Shown: piece after piece, positions 40,903 to 53,095 of the stretch | Position numbering within the stretch: position 1 is the first letter of the stretch | Layout: every line of letters starts with the position of its first letter | Position numbers and translations under genes: made by a program | Assembly (NCBI GenBank): GCA_963975385.1 | Contig: CAXBHG010000001.1 | Coordinates: 4,460-68,459 of the forward strand | DNA: 64,000 nt | Source: an uncultured Brevundimonas sp. | GTDB lineage: Bacteria > Pseudomonadota > Alphaproteobacteria > Caulobacterales > Caulobacteraceae | Direction: 5' to 3' | The notes under the pieces: model-generated | Told to the model about the DNA's origin: nothing | The model's input: the letters and a program-made list of their open reading frames with translations, nothing else | Database searches by the model: none

Positions 40903-41366
40903 CAGTCGCGATGATACGGTGATCCGGCCAGGATGGTCACGGCCCGATACAGCTGTTCAGCCAGCATGGCCCGGGCCAGGGCGTGGGGCCAGGTCTGGGG
41001 TCCGAAGGCCAGGGTCGAGGCGGCCGCGTCGCGCACACTGCGGTCCAGCCCGTCGGCCCCGCCGATGGCGAACACCAGCCGCCGTTCGCCGCGATCGCGC
41101 AGGTCAGCGATATGGTCGGCAAAGGCGCGGGAACTGAAGGTGCGGCCGCGCTCGTCACAGGCGATCAGATGGGCCCCCTCGGCGGCCTTGAGGATCAGCT
41201 CGGCCTCGGGGACCTTGCCGGCCTTGCGCGGTTCCAGGTCGACCAGCTCCATCGGTCCCAGGCCCAGGGCCCGGCCGGCCAGGCCCGCGCGTTCGGCATA
41301 GTCCGCGGCCAGGGTCGCCTCCGGCCCGCGTCCCGGCTTGCCGATCGCGAGGATGGCCAGCTTCAT
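40902..41366 (-). CDS. rlmH: 23S rRNA pseudouridine-1915 methyltransferase
   Basis: FAIGGADG, TWPH, EQLYRA, PYHR. Confidence 0.95.
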   Translation of the reverse strand: MKLAILAIGKPGRGPEATLAADYAERAGLAGRALGLGPMELVDLEPRKAGKVPEAELILKAAEGAHLIACDERGRTFSSRAFADHIADLRDRGERRLVFAIGGADGLDRSVRDAAASTLAFGPQTWPHALARAMLAEQLYRAVTILAGSPYHRD

Positions 41367-41376
41367 CCGGCCGGAC

Positions 41377-41838
41377 TCAGGTGGAGGAAACGCGGTGGCC
41401 GCTGTCGACCGACCAGATCTTCTCGATGTTGTAGAAGGTGCGAACCTCGGGCCGGAACAGGTGGACGATGACGTCGCCGGCGTCGATCAGCACCCAGTCG
41501 CAATGCGGCATGCCCTCGACCTTGGCCTTGCCGAGTCCGAATTCCTTGATGGTCCGCTGCAGGTGGTCGGCCAGGGCCCCGACGTGCCGGTGCGAACGCC
41601 CGGAGGCGACGATCATGGTGTCGGCCATCGGGCTCTTGCCCTTCAGGTCGATCAGAACGATGTCCTGGGCCTTGTCTTCGTCCAGCCGCGACAGGATCGC
41701 CTGTTCCAGCGGGGTCGAGCCGACGGGGAGGGGAGCCTGCAGACCGTCTTCGTTATGGATGGGTTCGATCGGGTCCATCTCATGCGCTGCGTTCGAGGCG
41801 GCGCTGTCTTGCGCATCGTGCGCGGGCGAGGGGGTCAG
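41377..41838 (-). CDS. rsfS: Ribosome silencing factor (start uncertain: CTG 41838, ATG 41778 or GTG 41880)
   Basis: DKAQDI, ASGRSHRHV, WVLIDAGDVIVHLF, FYNIEKIW. Confidence 0.9.
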   Translation of the reverse strand: MTPSPAHDAQDSAASNAAHEMDPIEPIHNEDGLQAPLPVGSTPLEQAILSRLDEDKAQDIVLIDLKGKSPMADTMIVASGRSHRHVGALADHLQRTIKEFGLGKAKVEGMPHCDWVLIDAGDVIVHLFRPEVRTFYNIEKIWSVDSGHRVSST

Positions 41839-41895
41839 CGGAAGGCTCCGGGGAGGTTCAATAAAGCGGCCTTCTAGCACGAACAGTGGCCGGCG

Positions 41896-42600
41896 TCACG
41901 CGGTGGGCAATTGCAGGCGCGCGGCGCGGATCGCTGTCGAGGATCGCGGGTTCAGCGGGGCCGGCAGATAGGTCCAGGCAGGCGTCGGCGCGGTCGGCAA
42001 CAGCCGCGCCTGTTCGGCGGGCAGTCTGAAGGCGGCGAACCGTCGTGCCGCCGGGGCCGTGCGGCTGTTCAGCAGGCTGCCGGGGCGGGCGATCACGGCC
42101 ACCGGCATCAACCTCATGATGTCGGTCCAGCCGCGCCACAGGTGGAAACTGGCCAGATTGTCCGACCCCATCAGCCAGACGAAATGGACGCCGGGGTGCC
42201 GCGCGGTCAGGGCCCGCAGGGTGTCGACGGTCCAGCCGGTGCGGATGCGGCTCTCGACATCCGAGACCACCATGGCCTGGCCCGAGGCCGCCGTCGCCGC
42301 GGCGGCGCGGGCCGAGGCCATGCGTTCTGCCAGGGGCGCGGTATCAGCGGCGTCCTTCAGCGGATTCTGCTTGGAGACCATCCAGATGACGCGGTCGAGG
42401 TCGAGGCGACGCATGGCCGTCTCGGCGACATGGGCGTGGCCGTCGTGGGCCGGATTGAACGAGCCGCCGAACAGGCCGACGCGCATGCCCGGAGCCAGGT
42501 TGAGCCCGTCTCTCAGCGCCCCCGGACGGGGACCGAAGGCCTGTGCGGCCGGACCGGCATGAAAGAAGGACAAGGCGGGCTCGCGCGGACTTATGCTCAC
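41896..42600 (-). CDS. nadD: Nicotinate-nucleotide adenylyltransferase (start uncertain)
   Basis: GGSFNPAHDGH, NPLK, LMGSDN, SSTAIR. Confidence 0.92.
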   Translation of the reverse strand: MSISPREPALSFFHAGPAAQAFGPRPGALRDGLNLAPGMRVGLFGGSFNPAHDGHAHVAETAMRRLDLDRVIWMVSKQNPLKDAADTAPLAERMASARAAAATAASGQAMVVSDVESRIRTGWTVDTLRALTARHPGVHFVWLMGSDNLASFHLWRGWTDIMRLMPVAVIARPGSLLNSRTAPAARRFAAFRLPAEQARLLPTAPTPAWTYLPAPLNPRSSTAIRAARLQLPTA

Positions 42601-42674
42601 AGGGGAGCTAACACGCGCCCGCCCCCCTGTCGCGCCCCTATCTGCATCCCCCCGTCATCGCCGGAGGGCAGACC

Positions 42675-43985
42675 TCAGGGCCGGGTCTGGCCCTTGCCGC
42701 GGATGACGTATTTGAAGCTGGTCAGCTGTTCGGCCCCGACCGGGCCCCGGGCATGCAGCCGGTCGGTCGAGATGCCGATCTCGCCGCCGAAACCGAACTC
42801 GCCGCCGTCGGCGAACTGGGTCGAGGCATTGGCCAGGATGATGCCGGCGTCGGCCTCGGCCAGGAAGCGTTCGATGACCCGGTCGTCGGTGGCGATGATC
42901 GATTCCGTATGGCCCGAGCCGTAGCGCGCCACATGGTCGAGGGCGGCGTCGATGTCATCGACGACCCGGACGGCGATGATCGCCGCCAGGAATTCGGTGC
43001 GCCAGTCCGCCTCGGTCGCGGTGATCGCCTCCGGCACCAGGGCGCAGGTCGCCTCATCACCGCGAATCTCGCAGCCGGCGGCGGTCAGGTCGGCGGCGAT
43101 CAGCGGCAGCAGGCTGTCGGCAACGGCCCGGTCGATCAGCAGGGTCTCGGCCGCCCCGCACACCGAGACGCGGCGCATCTTGGCATTTACGGCGACGGCG
43201 CGGGCCGTGGCCGGATCGGCGCTTTCGTGGACATAGACGTGGTTGACGCCTTCCAGATGGCCCAGCACCGACACCCGGGCGTCGGCCTTGACCCGCTCGA
43301 CCAGCGAGCGTCCGCCGCGCGGGATCAGCAGATCGATCGAGCCGTCCAGTCCGGTCAGGATGTGGCCGACGGCGGCCCGGTCACGGGTGGTGACGATCTG
43401 CACCGCATCCGCCGGCAGGCCGGCCGCCTCCAGCCCTTCGACAAGGGCGGCGTGGATGGCCAGGTTGGAGCGCAGGCATTCGGAACCCCCGCGCAGAATC
43501 ACGGCATTGCCGGCCCGGACCGCCAGGGCGGCGGCGTCGGCGGTGACGTTGGGGCGGCTTTCATAGATGATGGCCAGCACGCCGATCGGGGTGCGGACCC
43601 GGGCGATGTCCAGCCCGTTCTCGGGTGTCCAGCGGGCCGTCTCGACCCCGACGGGATCGGGAATGGCGGCGATCGATTCCAGCGCGCCGATGACGCCGTC
43701 CAGACGGGTCGCGTCCAGGGCCAGCCGGTCCATCATGGCCGTAGCCATGCCCTTGGCCTTCGCGGCCTCAAGGTCGGCTTCATTGGCGGCCAGCACTTCG
43801 GCGGCCCGTTTGCGCAGGGCGGTGGCCATGCCGGCGATGGCGCGGGTCCGGGCCTCGGGTCCGGCCAGGGCCAGGGCGCGGGCGGCCGTGCGGGCCTTCT
43901 GGCCCATGGTCGCCATTTCGGCGGCGAGGGCGTCTTCGGGGGGCAACGGGGCGGAGGCGGCGGCGGCGATCTGTGTCATTGTCAT
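42675..43985 (-). CDS. proA: Gamma-glutamyl phosphate reductase
   Basis: YESRPNVT, SVCGAAE, GHTESI, NASTQFADGGEFGFGGEIGIST. Confidence 0.96.
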   Translation of the reverse strand: MTMTQIAAAASAPLPPEDALAAEMATMGQKARTAARALALAGPEARTRAIAGMATALRKRAAEVLAANEADLEAAKAKGMATAMMDRLALDATRLDGVIGALESIAAIPDPVGVETARWTPENGLDIARVRTPIGVLAIIYESRPNVTADAAALAVRAGNAVILRGGSECLRSNLAIHAALVEGLEAAGLPADAVQIVTTRDRAAVGHILTGLDGSIDLLIPRGGRSLVERVKADARVSVLGHLEGVNHVYVHESADPATARAVAVNAKMRRVSVCGAAETLLIDRAVADSLLPLIAADLTAAGCEIRGDEATCALVPEAITATEADWRTEFLAAIIAVRVVDDIDAALDHVARYGSGHTESIIATDDRVIERFLAEADAGIILANASTQFADGGEFGFGGEIGISTDRLHARGPVGAEQLTSFKYVIRGKGQTRP

Positions 43986-44031
43986 CCCCTCAACATTGTG
44001 TCTTTGACTGCAAATTCAAGGGTCGGGGCGG

Positions 44032-46259
<2,228 letters not shown>

Positions 46260-46284
46260 TTACAGGCAGGCTTGAGGCGGGATT

Positions 46285-46312
46285 GCCATCCGCCCCGGCC
46301 GGGGCGGATGGC
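46285..46312. terminator. Perfect 28-bp palindrome downstream of ald
   Basis: gccatccgccccggccggggcggatggc equals its own reverse complement; no U-tract. Confidence 0.55.
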
Positions 46313-46321
46313 GGCCGTATT

Positions 46322-47440
46322 CTAGCCCTGCGGCCAGACCCCGAACGGGTCGGACCAGCCCATGCCCAGGGCCTCGGCCACGGCCGGATAGGTGATCTCG
46401 CCCTTCAGCACGTTCAGGCCGCGCGCCAGGTGCGGATCCTTGCGCAGGGCCTCCAGGCCGTGGTTGGCCAGGGCCAGGCCGAACGGCAGGGTGGCGTTGT
46501 TGAGGGCTTCCGACGACGTGCGCGGGGCCGCGCCCGGCATGTTGGCCACGCAGTAGTGGACCACGCCGTCGATCACATAGGTCGGGTCCTCGTGGGTGGT
46601 GGCCTTCGAGGTTTCGAAACAGCCGCCCTGGTCGATGGCCACGTCGACCAGCACCGAGCCGTTCTTCATCGCCTTCAGGTCCTCGCGCTTGATCAGCTTG
46701 GGGGCCGAGGCCCCGGGAACCAGCACGGCCCCGATGATGACGTCGGCCTTGACCATCTCCTCGTCGATCGCATTGATCGAGGAATAGCGGGTGATGACCC
46801 GGCCCTGGGTGACCTCGTCGATATAGGCCATGCGCGGGATCGAGCGTTCGAGCACGACCACTTCGGCACCGAGGCCCATGGCCATGCGGGCCGCGTTCAG
46901 GCCGACGACGCCGCCGCCCAGCACCAGCACGCGGGCCGGGGCCACGCCCGGGACGCCGCAGAACAGCAGCCCCATGCCGCCGTTGTGCTTGAGCAGGGTC
47001 TCGGCGGCCGAGAAGACGGCGATGCGGCCGGCGACTTCGGACATCGGGGCCAGCAGCGGCAGGCCGCCCTTGGCGTCAGTGACGGTCTCATAGGCGATGG
47101 CGGCGCATTTCGAGGCCAGCAGACCCTTGGTCTGCGCCGGGTCGGGGGCCAGGTGCAGATAGGTGAACAGGATCTGGTCCTCGCGGAGCATCTCCCACTC
47201 GACCTTCTGGGGCTCCTTGACCTTCACGATCATGTCGTTGTTCGCGAAGATTTCCGCGGCCGTGGGGACGATCGTCGCGCCGACCTTCTTGTAGTCGTCG
47301 TCGGTAAAGCCGGCCCCGACCCCGGCGCCCTGCTGGACCGAGACCGTATGGCCGTGGGCCACATATTCCCGCACGGCGGTCGGCGTCAGGCCGATGCGGT
47401 GCTCGTTCTTCTTGATCTCGGTGGGGACGCCGACGCGCAT
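46322..47440 (-). CDS. ald: Alanine dehydrogenase
   Basis: [45 protein letters not shown]. Confidence 0.96.
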   Translation of the reverse strand: MRVGVPTEIKKNEHRIGLTPTAVREYVAHGHTVSVQQGAGVGAGFTDDDYKKVGATIVPTAAEIFANNDMIVKVKEPQKVEWEMLREDQILFTYLHLAPDPAQTKGLLASKCAAIAYETVTDAKGGLPLLAPMSEVAGRIAVFSAAETLLKHNGGMGLLFCGVPGVAPARVLVLGGGVVGLNAARMAMGLGAEVVVLERSIPRMAYIDEVTQGRVITRYSSINAIDEEMVKADVIIGAVLVPGASAPKLIKREDLKAMKNGSVLVDVAIDQGGCFETSKATTHEDPTYVIDGVVHYCVANMPGAAPRTSSEALNNATLPFGLALANHGLEALRKDPHLARGLNVLKGEITYPAVAEALGMGWSDPFGVWPQG

Positions 47441-47578
47441 GACCGTTTCCTCTGGCTGGGACGGGCGCATCCTGGGGCGGACGGCCACGTTTCAGATCGC
47501 AATCTATCGCCCAATGCTGCGCAGGTTCCTGTTCTTTTTGTCGCCTGAACGGCGTACAGTCGCAGAATCTGCGAAGGA

Positions 47579-48064
47579 TTGCCGCAATTGAAGACTGTTT
47601 CTGCCGTCACCCTCGATGACACTGACCGGCGGATGATCCGCGCCCTCCAGGACGACGGCCGGATCACCAATGCCGACCTGGCCCGCGCCGTGAACCTGTC
47701 CGAAAGCGCCTGTCTGCGTCGTCTGCGGGCATTGGAGACCGCCGGGGTCATCAGCCGCTACGCCGCCATCATCAATGAACGGGCCGTCGGCCTGCCGATC
47801 AGCGTCTTCGTCACCGTGACCCTGTCATCCCAGTCCGAGGCCATGCTGACGGCCTTTGAATCGGCCATCGCCACCGTGCCGGCGGTGGTCGAATGCTATC
47901 TGATGACCGGCGGGTCGGACTATCTGCTGCGGCTGGTGGTGCGTGACGTCGACGATCTGGAACGGGTCCATTCGAAGGAACTGACTCGCATCCCCGGCGT
48001 CACCCGGGTCTCGTCCAGTGTGGCCATGCGCACCGTGGTCAAGCGCGGGGCCATGCCGGTTTGA
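47579..48064 (+). CDS. Lrp/AsnC family regulator (AldR-like)
   Basis: LQDDGRITNADLA, NLSESAC, ECYLMTG, DYLL; divergent from ald. Confidence 0.9.
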   Translation: MPQLKTVSAVTLDDTDRRMIRALQDDGRITNADLARAVNLSESACLRRLRALETAGVISRYAAIINERAVGLPISVFVTVTLSSQSEAMLTAFESAIATVPAVVECYLMTGGSDYLLRLVVRDVDDLERVHSKELTRIPGVTRVSSSVAMRTVVKRGAMPV

Positions 48065-48121
48065 CTCTTGTGCCGACCCAGACGGCAGCCCAACTCTGTG
48101 AGCGGACAGCCGGGGGGACCG

Positions 48122-48625
48122 ATGGATTACCGACAGACAATCGTGTGGCTGGCTTTGGGCCTGCTGGCCGGACTGGCGGCCATGCCCGGCCTCGCCGCGG
48201 ACGGCACGCCGTTGTTGCCGCTATTTCTGAGTGGTCTGTGCCTGGCCTGTGCCGCCCATGGGGCCAGCCGGGATCGCGTCATGGGAATGATCGGCAAGGT
48301 TCTGGCCGGCTCGACCCTGCGCCTCGTTCTGATCGTGGTCGGCGTGGCGCTGACCTGGCAGCTGGTGGGGATTGAGCTGGCCTTCCTAATGGCCGGCGAC
48401 GTGCTGGCCTATGTCGAGGTCGTGGCGGCGGTCAGCCTGATCACCGCCAACACCCGGCTGGCCCCGCTCCGGGCGGGCATCGTCCGGCGCATCGCGGCCT
48501 TCCGGGTAGGCTCGTCCATCAGCTGGAGCGGGGTCCGGCGCAGCGTGCGCGCCCTACGCCGCCCTGGTCGCAAGCCCCCCCGTGCCGACGATGCCGAAGG
48601 ACGAGCAGTCTGGGCTTTCGCCTGA
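48122..48625 (+). CDS. Hypothetical membrane protein
   Basis: GGGGGA SD before ATG 48122; several hydrophobic segments and a basic tail. Confidence 0.6.
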   Translation: MDYRQTIVWLALGLLAGLAAMPGLAADGTPLLPLFLSGLCLACAAHGASRDRVMGMIGKVLAGSTLRLVLIVVGVALTWQLVGIELAFLMAGDVLAYVEVVAAVSLITANTRLAPLRAGIVRRIAAFRVGSSISWSGVRRSVRALRRPGRKPPRADDAEGRAVWAFA

Positions 48626-48640
48626 CCGTCCTGCCCGGCG

Positions 48641-50308
48641 TCAGTCCCCGACCGTGTGCAGGTCCCGGCCCCGGGTCTCGGGCAGCCAGATCAGGGCCAC
48701 GACCACGGCGATGGCGGTGAAGGCGATCGAATACCACAGGCCGAAATAGATATTCCCCGACCAGGCCACCAGGGCGAAGCTGGCCGCCGGCAGCAGGCCG
48801 CCGACCCAGCCGGTGCCGATATTGTAGGGCAGGCTCATGGCCGTATAGCGCACCCGGGTGGGGAACAGCTCGACCAGGGCCGCCGCCTGCGGGCCGTACA
48901 GGGCGGTCGCGGCGACCATGAAGATCATCAGGATCCCGAACACCAGCGGCAGGTTCATCCGCGCCGGGTCGGCCCTGTCCGGATAGCCGGCGCTGGCCAG
49001 GGCGGACCGGATACGCCCGTCGACGTCGGTGCGGGCCGCCGTCAGCGCCGCCTTGTCCAGGCCGACTCCCTCGATCGAAGCAATGGTCGTGTCGCCGATG
49101 CGGACGACCGCCAGACTGCCGGCGGGCGCGTCGGCGTTGTCATAGGAGATGCCGGCGTTGGACAGGACGTTCTTGGCGATGTCGCAGCTGCTGGCGAAGG
49201 CGGTCTTGCCGATCGGATCGAACTGCACCGCGCAGGTGGCCGGGTCGGCGACCACGGTGACCGGGGCGCTGATCTGGGCCTCGGCCAGGGCCGGGTTGGC
49301 GGCCCTGGTCAGGGCATGGAAACCGGGGAAGAAGGCGACCAGGGCCAGGATCATGCCGAACAGCATGACAGGCTTGCGCCCGACCCTGTCCGACAGCCAG
49401 CCGAAAAAGACATACAGGCCCGCCGAGGCCACGGTGATGGCCAGCACCAGCTGGTCGACCAGGGCCACATCGACCCGCAACACCCGCTCCATGAAGAAGC
49501 GGGTGTAGAAATAGCCGCAGTACCAGACCGCCCCCTGGGCGACCATGATGCCGAACAGGGCGATCAGGACGAAACGCCCGTTCTTCCAGGTCAGGAAGGC
49601 CTCGCGATACGGCGCGCGCCGTTCGCCGCCCTCGGACTCCATCTGCACATAGGCCGGGCTTTCACTCAGCTTTAGCCGGATCCACAGCGACACGCCCAGC
49701 AGCAGGGACGAGATCAGGAACGGGATGCGCCAGCCCCAGGCGTCGAACGCTTCGGTGCCGACGATGGCCCGGGTGATCAGGATCACCGACAGGGCCCCGA
49801 TCAGGCCGAAGGCGGCCGTGGTCTGGATCCAGCCGGTCAGCAGGCCGCGCCGTTTCGGCGGCGAATGTTCGGCGACATAGATGGCGGCCCCGCCGTATTC
49901 CCCGCCGAGGGCGAAGCCCTGCAGCACCCGCATGACCAGCAGCAGGATCGGGGCAAGAATGCCGATCTGGCCGTAGTCCGGCAGCAGGCCGATCGCGACG
50001 GTGGCCAGACCCATCAGGGTGATGGTCACGAGAAAGGTGGTCTTGCGCCCCGTGCGGTCGCCGAACCAGCCGAACACCAGCGCCCCCAGCGGCCGCACCA
50101 CGAAGCCGACCCCGAAGGTCAGCAGGGCGAGGATGTAGGCGGTGGCCTCGCCGACATCGGCATAGAAATGCCGGGCGATGACTGTGGCCAACGAGCCGAA
50201 GATGAAGAAATCATACCATTCAAAGGCGGTGCCGGCGGCCGAGGCCACCACAACGGTACGCAGACCCGGCCCGGATTTTCCGTCCGTCGCGGTCGTCTCT
50301 GTGGTCAT
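48641..50308 (-). CDS. MFS transporter, metabolite:H+ symporter (MHS) family
   Basis: EWYDF, RPLG, GDRTGRK, GGEYGG, WGWRIPF, ESP, LPET. Confidence 0.92.
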   Translation of the reverse strand: MTTETTATDGKSGPGLRTVVVASAAGTAFEWYDFFIFGSLATVIARHFYADVGEATAYILALLTFGVGFVVRPLGALVFGWFGDRTGRKTTFLVTITLMGLATVAIGLLPDYGQIGILAPILLLVMRVLQGFALGGEYGGAAIYVAEHSPPKRRGLLTGWIQTTAAFGLIGALSVILITRAIVGTEAFDAWGWRIPFLISSLLLGVSLWIRLKLSESPAYVQMESEGGERRAPYREAFLTWKNGRFVLIALFGIMVAQGAVWYCGYFYTRFFMERVLRVDVALVDQLVLAITVASAGLYVFFGWLSDRVGRKPVMLFGMILALVAFFPGFHALTRAANPALAEAQISAPVTVVADPATCAVQFDPIGKTAFASSCDIAKNVLSNAGISYDNADAPAGSLAVVRIGDTTIASIEGVGLDKAALTAARTDVDGRIRSALASAGYPDRADPARMNLPLVFGILMIFMVAATALYGPQAAALVELFPTRVRYTAMSLPYNIGTGWVGGLLPAASFALVAWSGNIYFGLWYSIAFTAIAVVVALIWLPETRGRDLHTVGD

Positions 50309-50427
50309 CGGTCGTCCCCCCGGAGCGTCGTTTCAGCGGCGTCGTCTGGCGGACGCCTGCAGCGGCGATGCTAGCGACCCGCCCGGCTGGCGCAAGGGCC
50401 AGACCGCTCTCCGGGAGCCGGACATCG

Positions 50428-50458
50428 AAAACCCCGCTGGCGGGGGGCACCAGCGGGG
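50428..50458 (-). terminator. Rho-independent terminator with C-rich loop downstream of entericidin
   Basis: Minus strand CCCCGCTGG-TGCCCCCCG-CCAGCGGGG-TTTT. Confidence 0.75.
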
Positions 50459-50526
50459 CTCTCTTCAACCTGCCGCGTCGTCGGGGACGGGGCGCAGGCA
50501 GGTGGATTCCGGGCCGAATGCGGTTC

Positions 50527-50664
50527 CTAGCAGGAACGGCCCTCGGCACAGTTTTCGACGGCCTGGCCGGCGGCCTGGGCATCTTCACCAACACCCGCGA
50601 TCGTGTTGCAGGCGGCGGTGGTCATGGCAGCGGCGGCGGCGAAAAGAATGAAAAGCTTGCGCAT
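50527..50664 (-). CDS. Entericidin A/B family lipoprotein (45 aa)
   Basis: MRK plus hydrophobic core, TAA-C lipobox, CNTIAGVGED; GGGAG SD. Confidence 0.9.
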   Translation of the reverse strand: MRKLFILFAAAAAMTTAACNTIAGVGEDAQAAGQAVENCAEGRSC

Positions 50665-50704
50665 TGAAAAACTCCCTGAAGGCCCTCTGGCCTCGTGCCG
50701 GAAA

Positions 50705-52474
50705 TCAACGTCGCGACGGCCGCGGGGTTCCCAGGTCGGCAGGGTCGACAGGGGTAACGGCCTCGGGTGTCGCGAAGACCATCCGGGCGATGGCTCCGCC
50801 GCCGGGCGAGGGCACGATCTCGGCGGTGCCGCGCAGCTGTTTGGCAAAGGCCCCCATCAGGGTGCGGCCCACCCCGGCGCGGCGGGTCTCGTCGACGCCG
50901 GGGCCATCGTCCTCGACCTCAAGCACGCTCGTGTCGCCCCTGACCTGGAAGCGGACCTTGAGGTCCCCGCCGCGTCCGGCGAACGCGTGTTTCTGGGCAT
51001 TGGTCACGGCCTCGACCAGCCACAGGGCCAGCGGGGCCAGCTTGTCGGGATCGACAACGAGGGAGTCGGCCTCGACCGAACTGGTGATCACCGGGCCCTG
51101 GCCGGTGGCGCTGGCCACCAGCTGGCTGACGAGGTCGGTCAGGAAGATGCGGGCGTCGGCATAGCGCAGGTCGTCACTCTGGTAGAGGGTGCGGTAGATC
51201 AGGGCCAGGGCGGCGATCCGCTGGCGGGTGTCGCCCACCGCCGCCCGGGCCGGGCCGTCGGTCAGGGCCCGCTGCTGCATCGACAGCAGCGACGAGATGA
51301 TCTGCAGATTGTTCTTCACCCGGTGATGGATCTCGCGCATCAGCGCGTCCTTCTCCGACAGGGAGTCGGTCAGCGCCTTGTCCCGGGCCATGATGGTCTC
51401 GGCCAGGGTGTCGAGGGTCGAGGCCAGCAGGCGGATTTCCGACGGCGCGTTGATCGCCTGCAGCGGCCGCACCGAGAACCGGCCCCGCGCATAGATGGCC
51501 GCGACCCGTTCCAGATAGTCCAGCCAGCGGATGATGATCCGTTCCGAGACCAGCATCACGGCCGCGAAGGCGGTCAGCCAGGCGGCCAGCGGCAGGATCA
51601 GCACCCCGACCGGATTGAGCCGGGCCCAGGACAGAAGACCGGGCGCAGGGGCTGACAGCAGGACATAGACGTCGCGCCCCGCCAGGGCCGCACCGGCATA
51701 GTCGCGGTGCCGGCCCTGCCGGTCGTCGGCCTCGAACACCGCCGAGGAACCGTCGCTGGCGCGCTTCACCCAGCCCTGCAGTGACTGGCCCCTGCCGAGG
51801 GCGAAGGCCCCCGTGTCCGTGGCGGTCAGGATACGGCCGTCGCCATCGGTCAGCGCCGCTTCGGAGCCTTCGGGCAGGGCGCGGTCGGCGGTATCGGGCT
51901 GAAGACTGGACAGCGGGATCAGGGCGATCATGGCCCCGTCGAAGGTCCCCATCGGCCGCTCCAGCCGGATGGCGACGATCAGGTCAGGTTCGACGCCAGC
52001 CGAATTGGGAGCCCGGGCGAGGACCATCGACTCGCCGTCGCGCAGCCGGTCGAACCAGTCGCTGCCGCGGACCGAACCCGCCCCTTCGCCCAGCACCGGC
52101 GCGCCGCGGGAGGCGCAGACCTGTTGGCCGGTCGCGCTGATCCGCGCCAGACCGTCCAGACTCTCGAGCCGGTCGACCAGGGCAGTCAGGCGTGGCTCAC
52201 AGAAGAATTGCAGGGATTCCGGTCGCAGGGCCTGGAGCAGGACGGCGGTGCTGTCGAGCCGCGACTTGGCCCCGGCCGCGCTGCGTTCGGCGGCCAGCTG
52301 CAGGTCCGATCGACGTTCCTGGGCCTGGTCGCGGAAGGCGGACTGTGCCTGGAAGGCGCCGAGCAGCAGGATGGGCAGCAGGGCAAGGGCCATGGCCAGG
52401 CCGATGCGGAACCGGATGCCCTGGAACGGCCGGACCGAGGCTCCCTGTCCGAGTGAGCGCCCCAGCCGCACCAT
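50705..52474 (-). CDS. phyK: General stress response sensor kinase (HisKA_2/HWE type, two TM, periplasmic sensor)
   Basis: REIHHRVKNNLQ H-box, TNAQKHA, EDDGPG; periplasmic Cys residues; co-oriented downstream of sigT. Confidence 0.85.
   Translation of the reverse strand: MVRLGRSLGQGASVRPFQGIRFRIGLAMALALLPILLLGAFQAQSAFRDQAQERRSDLQLAAERSAAGAKSRLDSTAVLLQALRPESLQFFCEPRLTALVDRLESLDGLARISATGQQVCASRGAPVLGEGAGSVRGSDWFDRLRDGESMVLARAPNSAGVEPDLIVAIRLERPMGTFDGAMIALIPLSSLQPDTADRALPEGSEAALTDGDGRILTATDTGAFALGRGQSLQGWVKRASDGSSAVFEADDRQGRHRDYAGAALAGRDVYVLLSAPAPGLLSWARLNPVGVLILPLAAWLTAFAAVMLVSERIIIRWLDYLERVAAIYARGRFSVRPLQAINAPSEIRLLASTLDTLAETIMARDKALTDSLSEKDALMREIHHRVKNNLQIISSLLSMQQRALTDGPARAAVGDTRQRIAALALIYRTLYQSDDLRYADARIFLTDLVSQLVASATGQGPVITSSVEADSLVVDPDKLAPLALWLVEAVTNAQKHAFAGRGGDLKVRFQVRGDTSVLEVEDDGPGVDETRRAGVGRTLMGAFAKQLRGTAEIVPSPGGGAIARMVFATPEAVTPVDPADLGTPRPSRR
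50707..50731 (-). promoter_or_regulatory. Sigma-T/EcfG promoter for entericidin (inside 3' end of phyK)
   Basis: Exact GGAAC-N16-CGTT on the minus strand. Confidence 0.8.
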
Positions 52475-52477
52475 CTC

Positions 52478-53095
52478 CTAGCCTTGCCGGGCGCCGCTCA
52501 GGCGATCCGCGTCGGCCAGGATCGAGCGCATGGCGTCGCCGGCGGACCGTCCGTCGCGAGCATAACCGCCGCGCTCCAGGGTCGCCTGCAGCGCCTTGCG
52601 GGCGCGGCTGACCCGGCTCTTCACCGTACCGACAGCGCACTGGCAGATGGCGGCGGCCTCCTCATAGGCAAAGCCGCCGGCCCCGACCAGGATCAGGGCC
52701 TCGCGCTGCTCCTCGGGCAGGGTCGCCAGCGCCAGCCGCAGTTCGTCGAGGGCCACCGGGGCCTCGGGATCGTCGACCGCGACCAGGGTCCGCTCGGCGG
52801 CTTCCTGGTCGAGCTGCGATTGTCGCCAGGAGCGGCGCTTCTCCGAATAGAATTGGTTGCGCAGGATCATGAAGGTCCAGGCCTTCATGTTCGTGCCCAT
52901 CTGATAGCTGGCGCGCGCGTCCCAGGCCTTCATCATCGCGTCCTGGGCCAGGTCGTCGGCCGCGGTCGGATCACCGGCCAGGGTGCGGGCGAACGCACGC
53001 AGGTGCGGGATCAGCGACACCAGCTCCTTCTTGAAGGCGTTATCGTCGGCCGAGGGCGGTTTGGGCGGGGCGGACATCGGACCGGAACCGCTCAT
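52478..53095 (-). CDS. sigT: ECF sigma factor EcfG/SigT
   Basis: IPHLRAFAR, DDLAQD, GTNMKAWTFMILRN, GTVKSRVSRAR; flanked by nepR and phyR. Confidence 0.93.
   Translation of the reverse strand: MSGSGPMSAPPKPPSADDNAFKKELVSLIPHLRAFARTLAGDPTAADDLAQDAMMKAWDARASYQMGTNMKAWTFMILRNQFYSEKRRSWRQSQLDQEAAERTLVAVDDPEAPVALDELRLALATLPEEQREALILVGAGGFAYEEAAAICQCAVGTVKSRVSRARKALQATLERGGYARDGRSAGDAMRSILADADRLSGARQG

Noticed and set aside
50503-50527. Extra sigma-T promoter for the 3'-UTR RNA
   Set aside because: GGAAC is present on the minus strand but there is no CGTT at the 16-17 nt spacing.
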